Shown: positions 50,301 to 64,000 of the stretch, piece by piece
Layout of the letters: each line of letters starts with the position of its first letter
Numbering within the stretch: the first letter of the stretch is position 1
Source of the DNA: the human T2T-CHM13v2.0 reference genome, Homo sapiens
Length of the DNA: 64,000 nt
Strand: one strand, 5' to 3'
Assembly (NCBI RefSeq): GCF_009914755.1
Contig: NC_060936.1
Notes under the pieces: generated by a model
Database searches by the model: none
What the model saw: only the letters and a program-made list of their open reading frames with translations
Told to the model about the DNA's origin: nothing
Translations under genes and position numbers: made by a program

Positions 50301-50472
50301 TAGTAGTAGTAGATGTAGTCAAAGAGGTGGTTGTAACCACAGCTCAGAGGCCACTCCCAGGCCTGGGTGTGCTCTGGCCTCCTCCCATCTTGCCATGGAA
50401 GCCAGCCCACCAGAGATGCTCCAGCCATGCCATCCTGACACTACCCTCATGACAGTCTAACTATTTCTTCTC

Positions 50473-50977
50473 TGTGTTAGCTTCCTGTGAGTACTGTAAC
50501 AAATAACCACAAACCTTGTGGCTTAAAACAACACAACTGTATTATCTTACAGTTCTGGAGGTCAGATGTCCAAAATCTGTGTCACTGGGCTAAAGCCAAG
50601 GTGTCTGCACTGTGGTTCCTTTGGGAGGCTCCGGGGGACAATCCATTTTCTTGTCTTTTCTAGCTTCTAGAAGCTCCCTGCCCTCCTTGCCTCTGGTCCC
50701 CTTCTCTATCTTCAAAGTGCATCTCTCCAACCTCTGTGTCTGTTGTCTCATTGTCTTCCTTCAACCTGACCCTCTTGCCTTCCTCTAATAAGGATCCTTG
50801 TGATGATATTGGGCCCGTCCAGGTCACCTGGGATAATCTCCCCATCTCAGGAGCCTTAATTTCATCACATCTGCACGTGCACAAAATTCCTTTCGCCCTG
50901 TAAGGTACCAAATTCATAGGTTCTGGGGATTGGGATATGGACATCTTTGGGGCGGGGGCATTATTCAGCCTTCCATA
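50473..50977 (-). mobile_element. MLT1D-like MaLR LTR
   Basis: TGTGTTAGCTTCCTG..GGACATCTTTGGGG..CATTATTCAGCCT. Confidence 0.8.
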
Positions 50978-52197
50978 TCCCCTACTTTGCTAACGAGGAA
51001 ACTGAGGCCCAGAGAAGTGATTGATATGACTTCGGCAAAGTCACCCTCCCAGCAGGACAGATCCACACTTGAGGACCCTGTTTGTCAAGTTTGAAGTCAT
51101 GGGCTCCAGACCACCAGGAAAGGAGATGCCCTCTGCCCATCTCTGCCTGTCTCCCTCCTTCCCTTGCACCTCTCCCTCCACTCCCTAGTGTTTTGGGAAA
51201 CAGCCAGGCTTGGGCAGTTTAGCCCAGAGCATTTGTGCTTAAGACTATAGCTGACATGGGGACAGATAAGCTCATCCATCCACCTGGGACCAGGACAGAG
51301 GGAAGAGAACGCCTTTTCGTAGCTAACAGGGTCCCAGGCCACTATGGGCTTAATCATCAACATGTTATAATTAGGCCTCTCCTGGGTACTGGGGAGCAGG
51401 GCCCTGTGTGTAGGGAAGCTGCTGATGCAGTTGCTGGGGCACGTGCGCTGGGCCCTTCCTGTTCATGGGGCCGATGCTCTTAGATCAAGGGAACCATGGC
51501 CAATGAAATTGGGTACCCCACTGCTGCTGTTGACAGGAAGATTTTTACTCACAGCCCAGCAACTCTTTTGGGGCCTCAGCCTGGCCCCAAGGACTCTGCC
51601 AGCTGGCCCCTGGGACCATAGCACCAGAGGCGATCGCGGCCTCCTCCTCCCCCTCCTCGCCAGAAGAGCAGAGAGAGGATCTTTATAGGAAATTGGGGGT
51701 GAGAGGGAGAAAATGACACATTTTCATCAGCTCTGGTTTTAATAGTGAGTGTCCAGTTATCTAGTGGCAGATGTTGTGGGTAAGAGCATCTGTACAGACA
51801 TCAGAGACCTGGATTCAAATCCCACCTCTGCTACATCTGAGCTCTATAAGCTTAGGCAAAATGGTGAACTTCTCTGAAACTGAGCCTCAGTTTCTCTCAT
51901 CTGCAAAGTGGAGGTGACAATTTCCCCCCTCATGGGGTTGTTATAGTCTATTTTTAAAGTGGGTAAGCAAAATTTCAGCTTGTGGCCTTAAAAAAATAAC
52001 ATGTATGAGGTATAAAAACAAAAAATAACAAATACTCGTGTACCCAGCTTAAAAAGTAGAGAACTGCTAGTTTCTTAGAAACCCCTTGTGTATATCTCCT
52101 GGGTTCCATCCATCTTCTTCCCTCCCTTTGCCCATAAGAAAAGTTTTGTGATTACCATTTGTGTGTTTTCCTTGTGTCTGGTCTTTGTAGTTTCCTT

Positions 52198-52640
52198 GTT
52201 TTTGTTTTGTTTTGTTTTTTGAGATGGAGTCTCGCTCTGTCGCCCAGGCTAGAATACAGTGGTGCGATCGCAGCTCACCGCAACCTCCACCTTCTGGGTT
52301 CAAGCGATTCTCATGCATCAGCTTCCCAAACAGTTGCGTCTACAGGCATGCACTACCATGGCCGACTAATTTTTGTATTTTTAGTACAGATGGGGTTTCA
52401 CGATGTTGGCCTGGCTGGTCTCGAACTCCTGACCTCAAGTGATTTGCCCGCCTCAGCCTCCCAAAGTACTGGGATTACAGGTGTGAGCCACTGCACCTGG
52501 CCTGTTTTTATTTTTTAAATAGAGACAGGAGGTCTCATGATGTCTCCCAGGCTAGTCTCAAACTCCTGGCCTCTAGCAATCCTCATGCCTCAACCTCCCA
52601 AAGTGCTGGGATTACAGGCATGAGCCACTGCACCAGCCTG
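52198..52640 (-). mobile_element. AluS plus adjacent Alu monomer
   Basis: Alu 52198-52502, monomer 52503-52640. Confidence 0.85.
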
Positions 52641-53307
52641 ATTTTTGTAGTTTTTACGTCTTCTTCCTTGCTGTTATTAAAGGTGAGAGCATAAGCTGTA
52701 TAACCTTGTCCCTTCCACGCCTAATTTCCTACTCAGTTCCTCTGATTTTCCTCTCCTCTCAGCTACCAACAGAGGACACTACTGATTGGGAAACCAGAAT
52801 GCCAAACTTGTCACTACTGTAGTACACTTAAGAATTAATAGGCTCTGAAAAGCACCACAGGGACTTCACTGTAAGTAAAGTATATGTAGCAAGGGGCTTT
52901 TGAACTTCCTAGAAAGTATGGAGTAAGACCACACTTTACACTCAAACAAACCTGAGTTTTGAGCAGCACTGCTCACCATCCTAAGCCACCAATTCTTTGC
53001 ATTTACTCCAAAAATATTTCAGTGTCATATTATGACAGGGACTGCGAAGGTGTTGGGGATAAGATGATAAATGAAAGAAACAGACCAAAACAGAGTCCCT
53101 GCTCTCATTTCATTGGGGGAAATCACCATTAAACTATATCAACACGCAAATATAGAACTTCAAGTTTCAACAAGCACTAGAGACAAATAAAAACAATTCA
53201 TGGAGAATTCGTTTAGGGAAACGGGAAAGGGCTTTCTCTGTGGGATGGACATTTGAGCTGAAACTTGTACTTCCTTGACATCTGACTTTGGTTTTAAAAA
53301 ATATTTA

Positions 53308-53527
<220 letters not shown>

Positions 53528-54805
53528 TCCGCTTTTTCGTCTGCAAACCTGGGCTGGTAATATCCCTCCCAGCTTTGCCCTTAGTAACAGGCCCTGGCTC
53601 AGTGCCTGGTTCAGCACTGCCGTTCAGTAAATGTCATGTCCCTTCCTTCCTGTCGTTCCTGGCTGTGTATGTTGCTGGAGGTCTTCTGAGGAGTGGTGTG
53701 AGTGAGCAGTCTCTAAGCGATGGGAGAAATCTGCTGCTGGCAAGTGAGTTGTGAAGCCTCTAATAGGCTCTCACTGGACCCTCTTCAACTGGGTTTGATG
53801 GCGACCCTGTCGGAGAGAGAAGGGAGGGTGTATCGTCCACTGTCAACATTCGGAAGCCTTCCTCTTTTTCTGGGGAAGGTGGTGTCGAGTAATTGAAAGG
53901 CTCTGCTGTAGAGTCAAGTCACCTGGGTACAAGTCCCAGTTCTGCAGCAAGTAACTTGACCTCTCCGAGCCTTGTGTTCTCATCTGTAAAATGGTCCGTA
54001 TAATTCCTCTACAGTGGTCTGTCATGTGGAACAGGACCCAGCATTGCGGGGGCACGCCGCAAGTGGGACCGTTACCACTGTTTCCACCAGAGCAAGGAGG
54101 AACTGGGGTAAAGGTGCAGAGGTTTGGGGTACAGGTAAGGAGAAGAAAAAGGCTGTCAAAGGGCTCATTCACATCATGGAGGTCCGGGTTCCTGCGCCAC
54201 CCTTCCCTACGTGGGTAATCTGGGGCAGATTCCTTTATCCCTCTGATCCCGTTTCTTCGTCTGTAAGACACAGCTCCACAACTTCCTTCACTCAGTGGCT
54301 GTGAAATCCTGCAGGCAAGCCGCGTCGCATGGCCCCTGACTTCAAGTTTAGGGGAGCTGATGAGGTCACTCCCTGCTGGACAAGGGGTCTTCGGGGTGAA
54401 ATGTCCAAATAAGAGAGCGGGGAGTGGACGCGCAAAGATGCGTCAAAAGGATGGAAAAGGCAGCTTTGCCCTTCGCAAACTGAGATCTCCTTTGTCCGCG
54501 AAGGGCTAAGAGCCTCAGGCTCGGGGGCCTGGTACCGGCGCGGGACGCCCGGAGGCCAGACCCGGAGCCGGCGGCGCGCAGAGCGGGGCGGCCCGGGGCG
54601 CGGGGCTGTGACCTCATCGGCCGGCGCCGTCCCGCGGGGCCATGAGATCATGAGATGCCGGCGCTCGCCGAGGAGTCGATTTGTTGGGAGCGCGGGGACA
54701 GCCGGCCGCCCGACGCGGTGATCTCATCCGGGCCCGGGGGAGGAGGAGGCAGGCGGCCGGGCCAGCCCGCGCCGCCAGGAGGGGGATTAATGGCTGCCGC
54801 CGGGT

Positions 54806-54817
54806 GGTGACGTCACC
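54806..54817. promoter_or_regulatory. Perfect palindromic CRE, GGTGACGTCACC
   Basis: TGACGTCA at 54808-54815 inside a 12-bp palindrome. Confidence 0.8.
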
Positions 54818-54826
54818 GGCAGCACC

Positions 54827-54841
54827 CGTTGCCAGGCAACG
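54827..54841. promoter_or_regulatory. RFX X-box, CGTTGCC-A-GGCAACG
   Basis: Perfect inverted GTTGCC/GGCAAC half-sites with 1-nt spacer. Confidence 0.8.
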
Positions 54842-54852
54842 CGCGGCCACCA

Positions 54853-54877
54853 GCCCCGCCCCGCTGGCCCCGCCTCC
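54853..54877. promoter_or_regulatory. Tandem Sp/KLF GC boxes
   Basis: GCCCCGCCCC at 54853-54862 and GCCCCGCCTCC at 54867-54877. Confidence 0.7.
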
Positions 54878-55036
54878 TACCTGCTGCGCTTCTTTCCATC
54901 CTGGCTCGCCCTTCTCTTGCCTTTTTTCCTTTTTCTTTTGTATTGAGGCATAACTTACATACTGTGGAGTGCCCTAATTATAAAGCTCAGTGGATTTTTA
55001 CAAACATATGTAATCACTCAGATCAAAGTATCAACA

Positions 55037-55670
<634 letters not shown>

Positions 55671-56962
55671 GTGGTGGATATGGAACATTTCCGGCATCTG
55701 GAAAGTTCCTGTGTCCTCACTTCCCCCACCAGGGGTACCCATTATTCTGAATTTTATCATCCTTCAGTTATCCTTCCCTCTCTACCCCCATAGCTTGTAT
55801 CTTTTCTTTCTCTTTCTCCCACATCTTACTTTATCTCCTAAGGTCTCCTAGGGTCTCCCTTTCTCTGTTTCTCAGAGTGGCACAAAGCCACTCTGGAAAA
55901 TCAGGCTGGATTTAAATCCCGGCTCCACCACTGTCTAGCAACTTCGAACAACATACCCTGCCTCTTTGAGCCTCTCTCTCCTCACCAGTTAACAGGGGCA
56001 AATAATTTCAGTGTCCATCTCCTGGGATTGTCAGAGTCTGGGGACAGCCTGCAGGTACTAAGTGTTCAACCGAGAAACTCATCACTAAACTAGAAGCCAG
56101 CCCTAGTCCTTCTCTCTTTCCTCTTGTAATCCTCTCACTTGCTGGGTCTCCCACTCTGTTCTTCCCTCCCCTGCCTCTGTGTTTGAGCTTTCTCATCTAA
56201 GAAATGGGAACGCGTCATAACTACCTACAAGAGGAGCAATTGGTGTGCCGTTCCTGGCCCCTGGTAAGCGCTTAATACGGGGGTTACTCTTCCCCTGTTG
56301 CCTTCTCACCTGGACTCTGCCTCCTGGGTGTTCTTTCTCTTCTGGCCTCTAACTCTGCCATTTCTCTCTTCCTTTCTTCTGCCCCCAGCCCCATTTCCCC
56401 CTCCTGTTTCTATCCACTTCCCTCCTTCCTTCCTGTGCTCTTCTCTAGCCTTGCTTCTATCCCCAGTCCTGCCCCGTCACACTTGTTTCTCCCACCCCTC
56501 CTGGCCGGGCGCTGCTGTGAAGTCAGTGGTCCAGCCCCGATCCCACCCCCAGCACTGGAGGAGACCCAGCACGGGCCTCAGCTCATTAGCCCAGCCCTTC
56601 AAGCCTCCAGGTCGGTGCTGGGTCTGCAGGACTCTGCCAGCTGTGGTCCCCACAACCCCACGATCCTAACAGGCCCGCAGGCCACCTTCCCAGGACAACA
56701 TGTCTTTGTTTTCAGTTCCTTGTCCTGGCCGCCCACTTGGGAGCAGGACTTGTGGCCCCCATCCCCTGGGGCTTTTGGGAGCCAACAGGCAGTCCATCCA
56801 GGGAAGAAAAGCAAGCAAGGAAAAGTCTCGCAGGAGGCTGAGGGCCCCCTCTGGCCCAGGAGGCTGGAAGCAGTCCCTCCTGCTTATTTTTCCACATGTG
56901 GAAGGAGGGCTTTGAAATGCAGATTCCTGGCCCTGTGCTAGCTTGCTAGCTTTAGTCCTTGA

Positions 56963-57324
<362 letters not shown>

Positions 57325-57908
57325 AACCTCCTTCAACCAGAGGAACCAGCCCTCCTCTGTGTCCCCTTAGTTCTGATGACACCGTCAGTCACAGTGCTGC
57401 CCCCATGGTTGTGACCAGGACTGACCAATCATAGAACCCCATGACCTCTTGGCCTCAGAGCTTGGTTCCCAGAGGGAAGCAGGGCCATCATTTTGGCAAA
57501 TGGCCCCAGGAGAAACAGGGTCTGTCTCTCTCTCTGTCTCTCTCTCTCTCTGTGGCAATTCCAGCTGTAAGAGTGTTGGCTTGGGGCTGCCAGTGGCCAT
57601 CTTTCCTACTAGATACTGTCAGATCCAGCATTTTCCAGCTGCGTCACCTGGGGCAGGTTATCTAACTTTTCTGTGCCTCCATTTCCTTATCTGTAAAGTG
57701 AGAGTATTAATAGCACCTGCCTCATAGTGGTGTGCACAGAGTGGTGCCTAGCACATAGTTAACAGCTAAGTCACCATCATCATCATCACCACCACTACTA
57801 CCACCTGCAGTGAGTCCAACCTTGGCAGGAGAGAATGAAACTTACACACAAGAAACAGAGACATCTGAGCTGAGAGATGGGGAAGAAGAGGAGAGATAGA
57901 AAGAGAAC

Positions 57909-58224
<316 letters not shown>

Positions 58225-58591
58225 CTAGAGAACTAGAGAAGGCTCTTTGACTATATTGTTTGACCTCCTGGATCCAGGAATCCTTGAAGCCAGAGCCACC
58301 CCTGCCTTCCCAGTTTTGTGACCTAATACATTTCCTTCTTTGTGGAAGCTACTTCATGTTAGCTGTCACTTATAGCCTAAAGTGACACCAGTAGTTGTTT
58401 TAACAGTGCATAGAGGCCCAGAATGGCGGAGCTGGGTCAACACCCCCATCACACAGAACACTGAGGCCCAGAGAGGGAGAGCAGCTTGCCCAAAGTCACA
58501 CAGATACAGAGGATGCGCACCTAGCTACCTGACTTCAAATGCCACACTTTAACCCTGTTTTCATGTTATAAATGGTGACATATAAAAATCA

Positions 58592-58939
<348 letters not shown>

Positions 58940-61900
58940 TTATTTTTTCATATTTCCAGGCTGCTAACAGTGCTGCAGCTAACATTTATTGAGCACTTAC
59001 CATGCGCCAGGCACTGAACTCAATGCTTTACACACATTTGCTCATTCATCCTCCCAACAACCCTAGGAGCCAGGGGCTACCATTAGCCCCATTTTACTAG
59101 CGAGGAAACTGAGGCACAAAAGGATGAAGTGACTTGCCCCAGGTAACTCAGGAAGAGACAGAATCAGAATTCAAATTCAGGTCATCTGACTCCCAAGTCC
59201 ATGCTCTTTGCCATTGTGCTTGCTCAGAATCCAGGGCCTCATCTCTGAAGAGGCAGAGCTAGGATCTGCACCCAGGGCCACGTTTCTTTCCCAGGTCTTT
59301 CCCATGGTATTTCTGTGCCCAACATGGCAGTCACTGGCCAACCCTCCCCGTCTCACTCCTACCCTCATCATTTTCTAGAACATTTGTTATGTATAGACTC
59401 CCATTCCTAGTATCTTCAGCATTAGAGCTCTCTATGAGCCATGCCTATGGGAAACCCAGCTGTTTCAAAGCACAAGGCCATTTACTTTGCCCCCTCATTT
59501 GTCCATTACTCATTCAGCAAATATTTCTTGGTCACCTACTGAGTCCCAAACGCTTTCTATTAGTTAGGATTGGAATCAAATAGTAACAGCAAAGAATCCA
59601 AAATAATAAGACTTAAATTTAAAAAATGTATCTCTTTCTCATGTAAAGGCCAAAGATAAGCAGCCCGAGCCTGGGAGTATGACACCTTCCAGCCCACTGC
59701 TTCACCAGCTCTAGGGTGTGGGATTCCCCCTCATGGTCCAAGATGGTAGCAAGAGCACCAGCCATCACATCCAAGTTCCAGACAGTAGGATAGAGAAAGT
59801 GGGGAAGAATAAGGTGAAAGCTTCTCTGAAGTTTCTACATGATGCTTATAATTGTGTTCATGGTGAAGACCCTCTTCCTGGCTTGCAGAAGGTTGTCTTC
59901 TCACTGTGTCCTCAAGTGGCAGAGAGATCTCTCATGTCTCTTCCTATAAGGGAACCAATCCCATCATGAGAGCTCTACTCTCATGATCTAATTACCTTTC
60001 AGAGGCCTTATCTTTAAATACCATGACATTAGGGATTAGGGCTTCAACAAAGGAACTTGAGGTGGGCACAGTTCAGTCTATAGCACCAGCTGAGTAGCCT
60101 TAGATGGTACTTTAGTTTTTGTTGTTGTTGTTGTTGACTTGAAAAAACCATTTAATTCTCACAATTTTGCAGGTCAGGAGTTCAGTCAGGACACACCGGG
60201 TACAGCTTGTCTCTCCTCCCCATGATATCTGCTGGGGCTGGACTGTCCAAGATGGCATCTTCACTCCCAGGTCTGATGCGTCAGCTGCAATGGCAGGAAT
60301 GGCCTTCTTAAGGTCCTGTATCTGGGGCCTCAGTTCTCACCGTTGGCTGGTTTTCATGTTTCTCCTCCAATTAGTCTCAGAGCTGCTCCCCTTCCACATG
60401 TCCTCTTCACTGGGACTCTCCTTATAGCTTGGGCTTCCCACAAACATGGTGGCTGGAGGAGGGAGAACAAGCAAAAGGAAGGAAGTGAAAGCTGTCTGAT
60501 CTCTTAAGGCCTAGGCTTGGAAGTCCCAGATATCACTTTTGCCTTAATTCTAGTTCACCTTAGTTCATTTGAACCTGCATTTTCTCATCTCTAAAATAAG
60601 GCAGCAGTAACATAATGGCCACATTTCTGGATTATCATGAGGGCCAGTACTAGCTGTATCATGTACTGGGCCCTTCTTATGTACCTGTGTTTTAGATTTA
60701 TTGGCTTATTTAATCCATAAGATCACCTTGGTGTGTTGAATACAGGTTTTACTGACATGTGAGAGCCAATGGTTACATTTTCATGAAATTTGCAAACAGT
60801 TGTTAAATCATTGGTAGCTTGAAGCTGGCCTTGTGGGAACATTTATACCACAGAAATTGGCAAACACACAAATCAGGGCCTTTTCTTTCCCCCAGAGACC
60901 TAGTTTTCCAGCACAGCACTGCATGCATATCTATATGTATGTGTATATGTATGTGTGTATTCAACCCCATTTACAGATGAAGAAACTGAGGGTCATAGAG
61001 GTTGAATTATTGTGCCAAATCAACCAATTTAATAGGTGATAGATGTGACCTTAGAATCCCAAATCCCACGCCTTTAAACCACTAGGCTGTCCTGCCTCCA
61101 CAGATGAAAAAATGTATATAAAAGAGATTCGTAAACAGGCAAAGCTGTATAAATATTATTCATCTTGATACAGAAAAAAAAAGGTTTCATCTCTGTCTGT
61201 GCATTTTTCATACATTGAAGCTGCTGACAGATACTTGATTATGCCTCTCCTCCCTTCCTCCCCACCCCCACAAGTCTTCAAATCATCTTTCCCATGTAGG
61301 TGCGTTCTTCCAAAAAATTCTCCTCTCTGTTCATTTCTTCTGCTTCTCAGCATCCTACTCTCCTTCATTTCCCACCCGCTTCTGGAGCCAGCCCTCTGTT
61401 GTTTCGATGTTTCCCATTTCTCTTATTGTCCCACCCCTCATCTTGGCAGTGAGGAAGTCGGAATAGAATCCGCCTTCCCAACTTGACACTCCCACCCCCT
61501 TTATCTGAATCCAAGCAGAGAACCGTCCATGCCCAAGCACGTCCTGCAACAATTGCTACCGTTTCCCCTTCACGGTGGCAGGGAGGCGAGACAGCTCATA
61601 ATCTGATCGTATTCCTTGTTCTCTGAAGCCCCAGAGAAACCACACATCCCATTTGGTGGTCGTCAGAAATAACATGCTTAAGAAACCTGGAATTATAAAA
61701 CTGCTTAATTAGGGAGAGATGGTTTTGCTGGGATATGCCCAGTTTTCCTTGGTGGTTTGATCTCCTTTTCAAAGTGGCCCACCCCCGGCAGCTAATTGCT
61801 ACCTTTAACGGGGTGCCACATAGGCTCTCACTCTCCTAAATTTATTTGCTGTGACATCAGTGCTTGCTTATAAAGAGATATTCTCTCTTCAGCGTTTCAA

Positions 61901-62055
61901 CTCTCCTCCATCAGCAAACTGTAGGAAGTTGACTTGAGTAATAAGGATGGAATCTTCAGCTTCAAGAGGTCCTCCTTTGTTACATGAGCACCTACTACAT
62001 GCTAGATGCTGGGAATATACCCAGAGTCAAATTATCTTCTCCCGTAAGGGGCTTA

Positions 62056-62440
<385 letters not shown>

Positions 62441-62726
62441 GGAGTGATTTAGGGGAGTCTTCAAAGGTGTACATAACAGGAGCACCTGATTCAATTAAAA
62501 AGTCAGGGAAGGCTTTTCATAGGCGGTGACAGTTAGCTGAGACCCAAAAGATGAATAGATGTTAGCTCAGCAAAGAGTAGAGGGACCACTATTCCATCTG
62601 CAAAGGAAGAGCTTGGTGTCCTTAAGCAACCGAAAGACAGGGAAAGAAGCTGGTATTAGAGCCTTCTGGGAAATCCTGGGGATGTGTTAGAATCCCCATC
62701 GTGACTTATCTAGATTCTGATAGAAC

Positions 62727-62952
62727 AGACCACAGGTCAGAAAACTACAGGCTACAGGCCAAATACGTCCTGCCACTTGTTTTTATAAATAAAGTTTTAT
62801 TGGAACACAGCCACACCCATTCACTTACCTATTGTCCACAGCTATTTTCCTACTGTAGTGACAGAGGTGAGTAGTGGTGCCACAGACCGTATGGCCTGCA
62901 AAGGCTAAGTACTCACTACCTGGTTATTTGTAGAAAAAGTTTGCCAACACTT
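62727..62952 (+). mobile_element. MER58A hAT element
   Basis: AAATAAAGTTTTATTGGAACACAGCC. Confidence 0.8.
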
Positions 62953-63420
62953 GTTCTAGAGCTGCCCAATAGCAAGTGGGAAGTTTGGGATTTGGCCCAG
63001 AAACCAGCCTGCAGCTCAGGGGCCTGAGAATTGGAAGATCCAAAGACAGTGACCAAAACTAAACCTAAGGTGGCAAGTGACAATCCTAGGTCTGATCCCA
63101 GCCTCTTTGGTTCCTGGGGCTGTGCTCTTGACCACCAAGCCAGACTGGTTGTTGAGACTGGCCTGCAAGGAAGAACAGAGAGAGGGGACCAGAGTCAGCC
63201 AGATGCCAGCAGGCAGGGGCTCCCAGAGACACAGGGACGTTTCATGGGGTAGCCGTGTCCTTACCTGTCATGAGACCAGGCAGACGAAGCAGGAGGCTGC
63301 CCACCAAGATGGCGCTCAGACCAGTGACCATCTTTTCCTTCACCTCTTGGCTCTGGAACACCCTTCCTCCCTTACCTGCCCTCATTTCTTCACCAGCTTG
63401 GCTCTTATTCATCCATTAAA

Positions 63421-63585
63421 GTAGTGCTTCTCAAACTTGGATGTGCACTCGGGTCACCTGGGGACCTTATTAAATTGTAGATTCTATTTCAGGAGGTCTG
63501 GGGTGAGGCCTAAGAGCCTGCATTTCTAACCAGCTCCCAGGCGATGCTGATGGTGCTGGTTCATGGCTCACACTTTGGGTGGCTG
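63421..63585. mobile_element. MER5-type hAT element
   Basis: GTGCTTCTCAAACTT..CTGCATTTCTAACCAGCTCCCAGG. Confidence 0.75.
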
Positions 63586-63639
63586 GAAAGATAACTTCTC
63601 TTAGACTTTGTTGATCAGTTTCCCCTCCACATCCCATGC

Positions 63640-63830
63640 CTCAATTCTGGGGCCCACTCACATTCACCTCTAGCAGAGTTCTACCACACTGTATTATAGT
63701 AGTTTGCTTAGTGATGGTCTTCCTCATTGGGTAGCAAGCTTCCTGATGAAGGGATGAGGTCTTAGTTATCTTAGTACCTCCAGAACCTGGCATTGTGTCT
63801 GGTGCATAGTAGGTGTCCAGAAATGGAAGC
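63640..63830 (+). mobile_element. L2 3' end followed by purine-rich low-complexity tail
   Basis: TGTCTGGTGCATAGTAGGTG. Confidence 0.6.
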
Positions 63831-64000
63831 AAGGATGGGAGGGAAGAAGAAAGGGAGTGGGCAAGGAAGAGAGGGAGGGAGGGGCAGAGGAAAGGGAAGG
63901 AAGGCAGCATCAATGGATAAAAGGCAGGAAGGGAGGGAAGGAAGAAAGGAAATACAGATGGGTGGAAGAAAGAAAGGTAAGGAAGGAAGGAAACAAGAGT

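Larger units (their letters stand above)
54320..54900. promoter_or_regulatory. Intronic CpG island, putative promoter/enhancer
   Basis: Only CpG-dense non-repeat stretch in the window; very GC rich; GC boxes, CRE and X-box. Confidence 0.9.

Noticed and set aside
63298-63318. CTCF site
   Set aside because: The 5' half mismatches CCASYAG; fits YY1 better

Overview
Primate (human-like) genomic DNA, almost all intronic. Two coding exons on the + strand (1953-2053 and 14325-14478, canonical AG/GT) splice in frame to 85 aa of a multi-pass membrane protein that I recognise as RNFT2 (TMEM118, a RING E3 ligase at human 12q24.22 next to HRK). From 14479 to the end I find no further exon, so this is a long intron. 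About 60 Alu copies are mixed with MaLR/ERV LTRs, hAT and Tigger DNA transposon fossils, L1/L2/MIR fragments, a U6 retrocopy and a 1.2 kb G-rich compound repeat. Nearly all ORFs in the supplied track are repeat artefacts. The four most interesting observations: (1) an intronic CpG island (~54.3-54.9 kb) with six TGA-NN-TCA bZIP sites and a tight CRE/X-box/GC-box module; (2) an Alu whose TSDs enclose a 53-nt copy of a neighbouring Alu's 3' flank; (3) a target site present three times around Alu + U6 + Alu; (4) a 31-nt apparently templated patch shared by two inverted Alus. Repeat subfamily names are from memory of consensus sequences and repeat boundaries are approximate. No new protein-coding system is supported.
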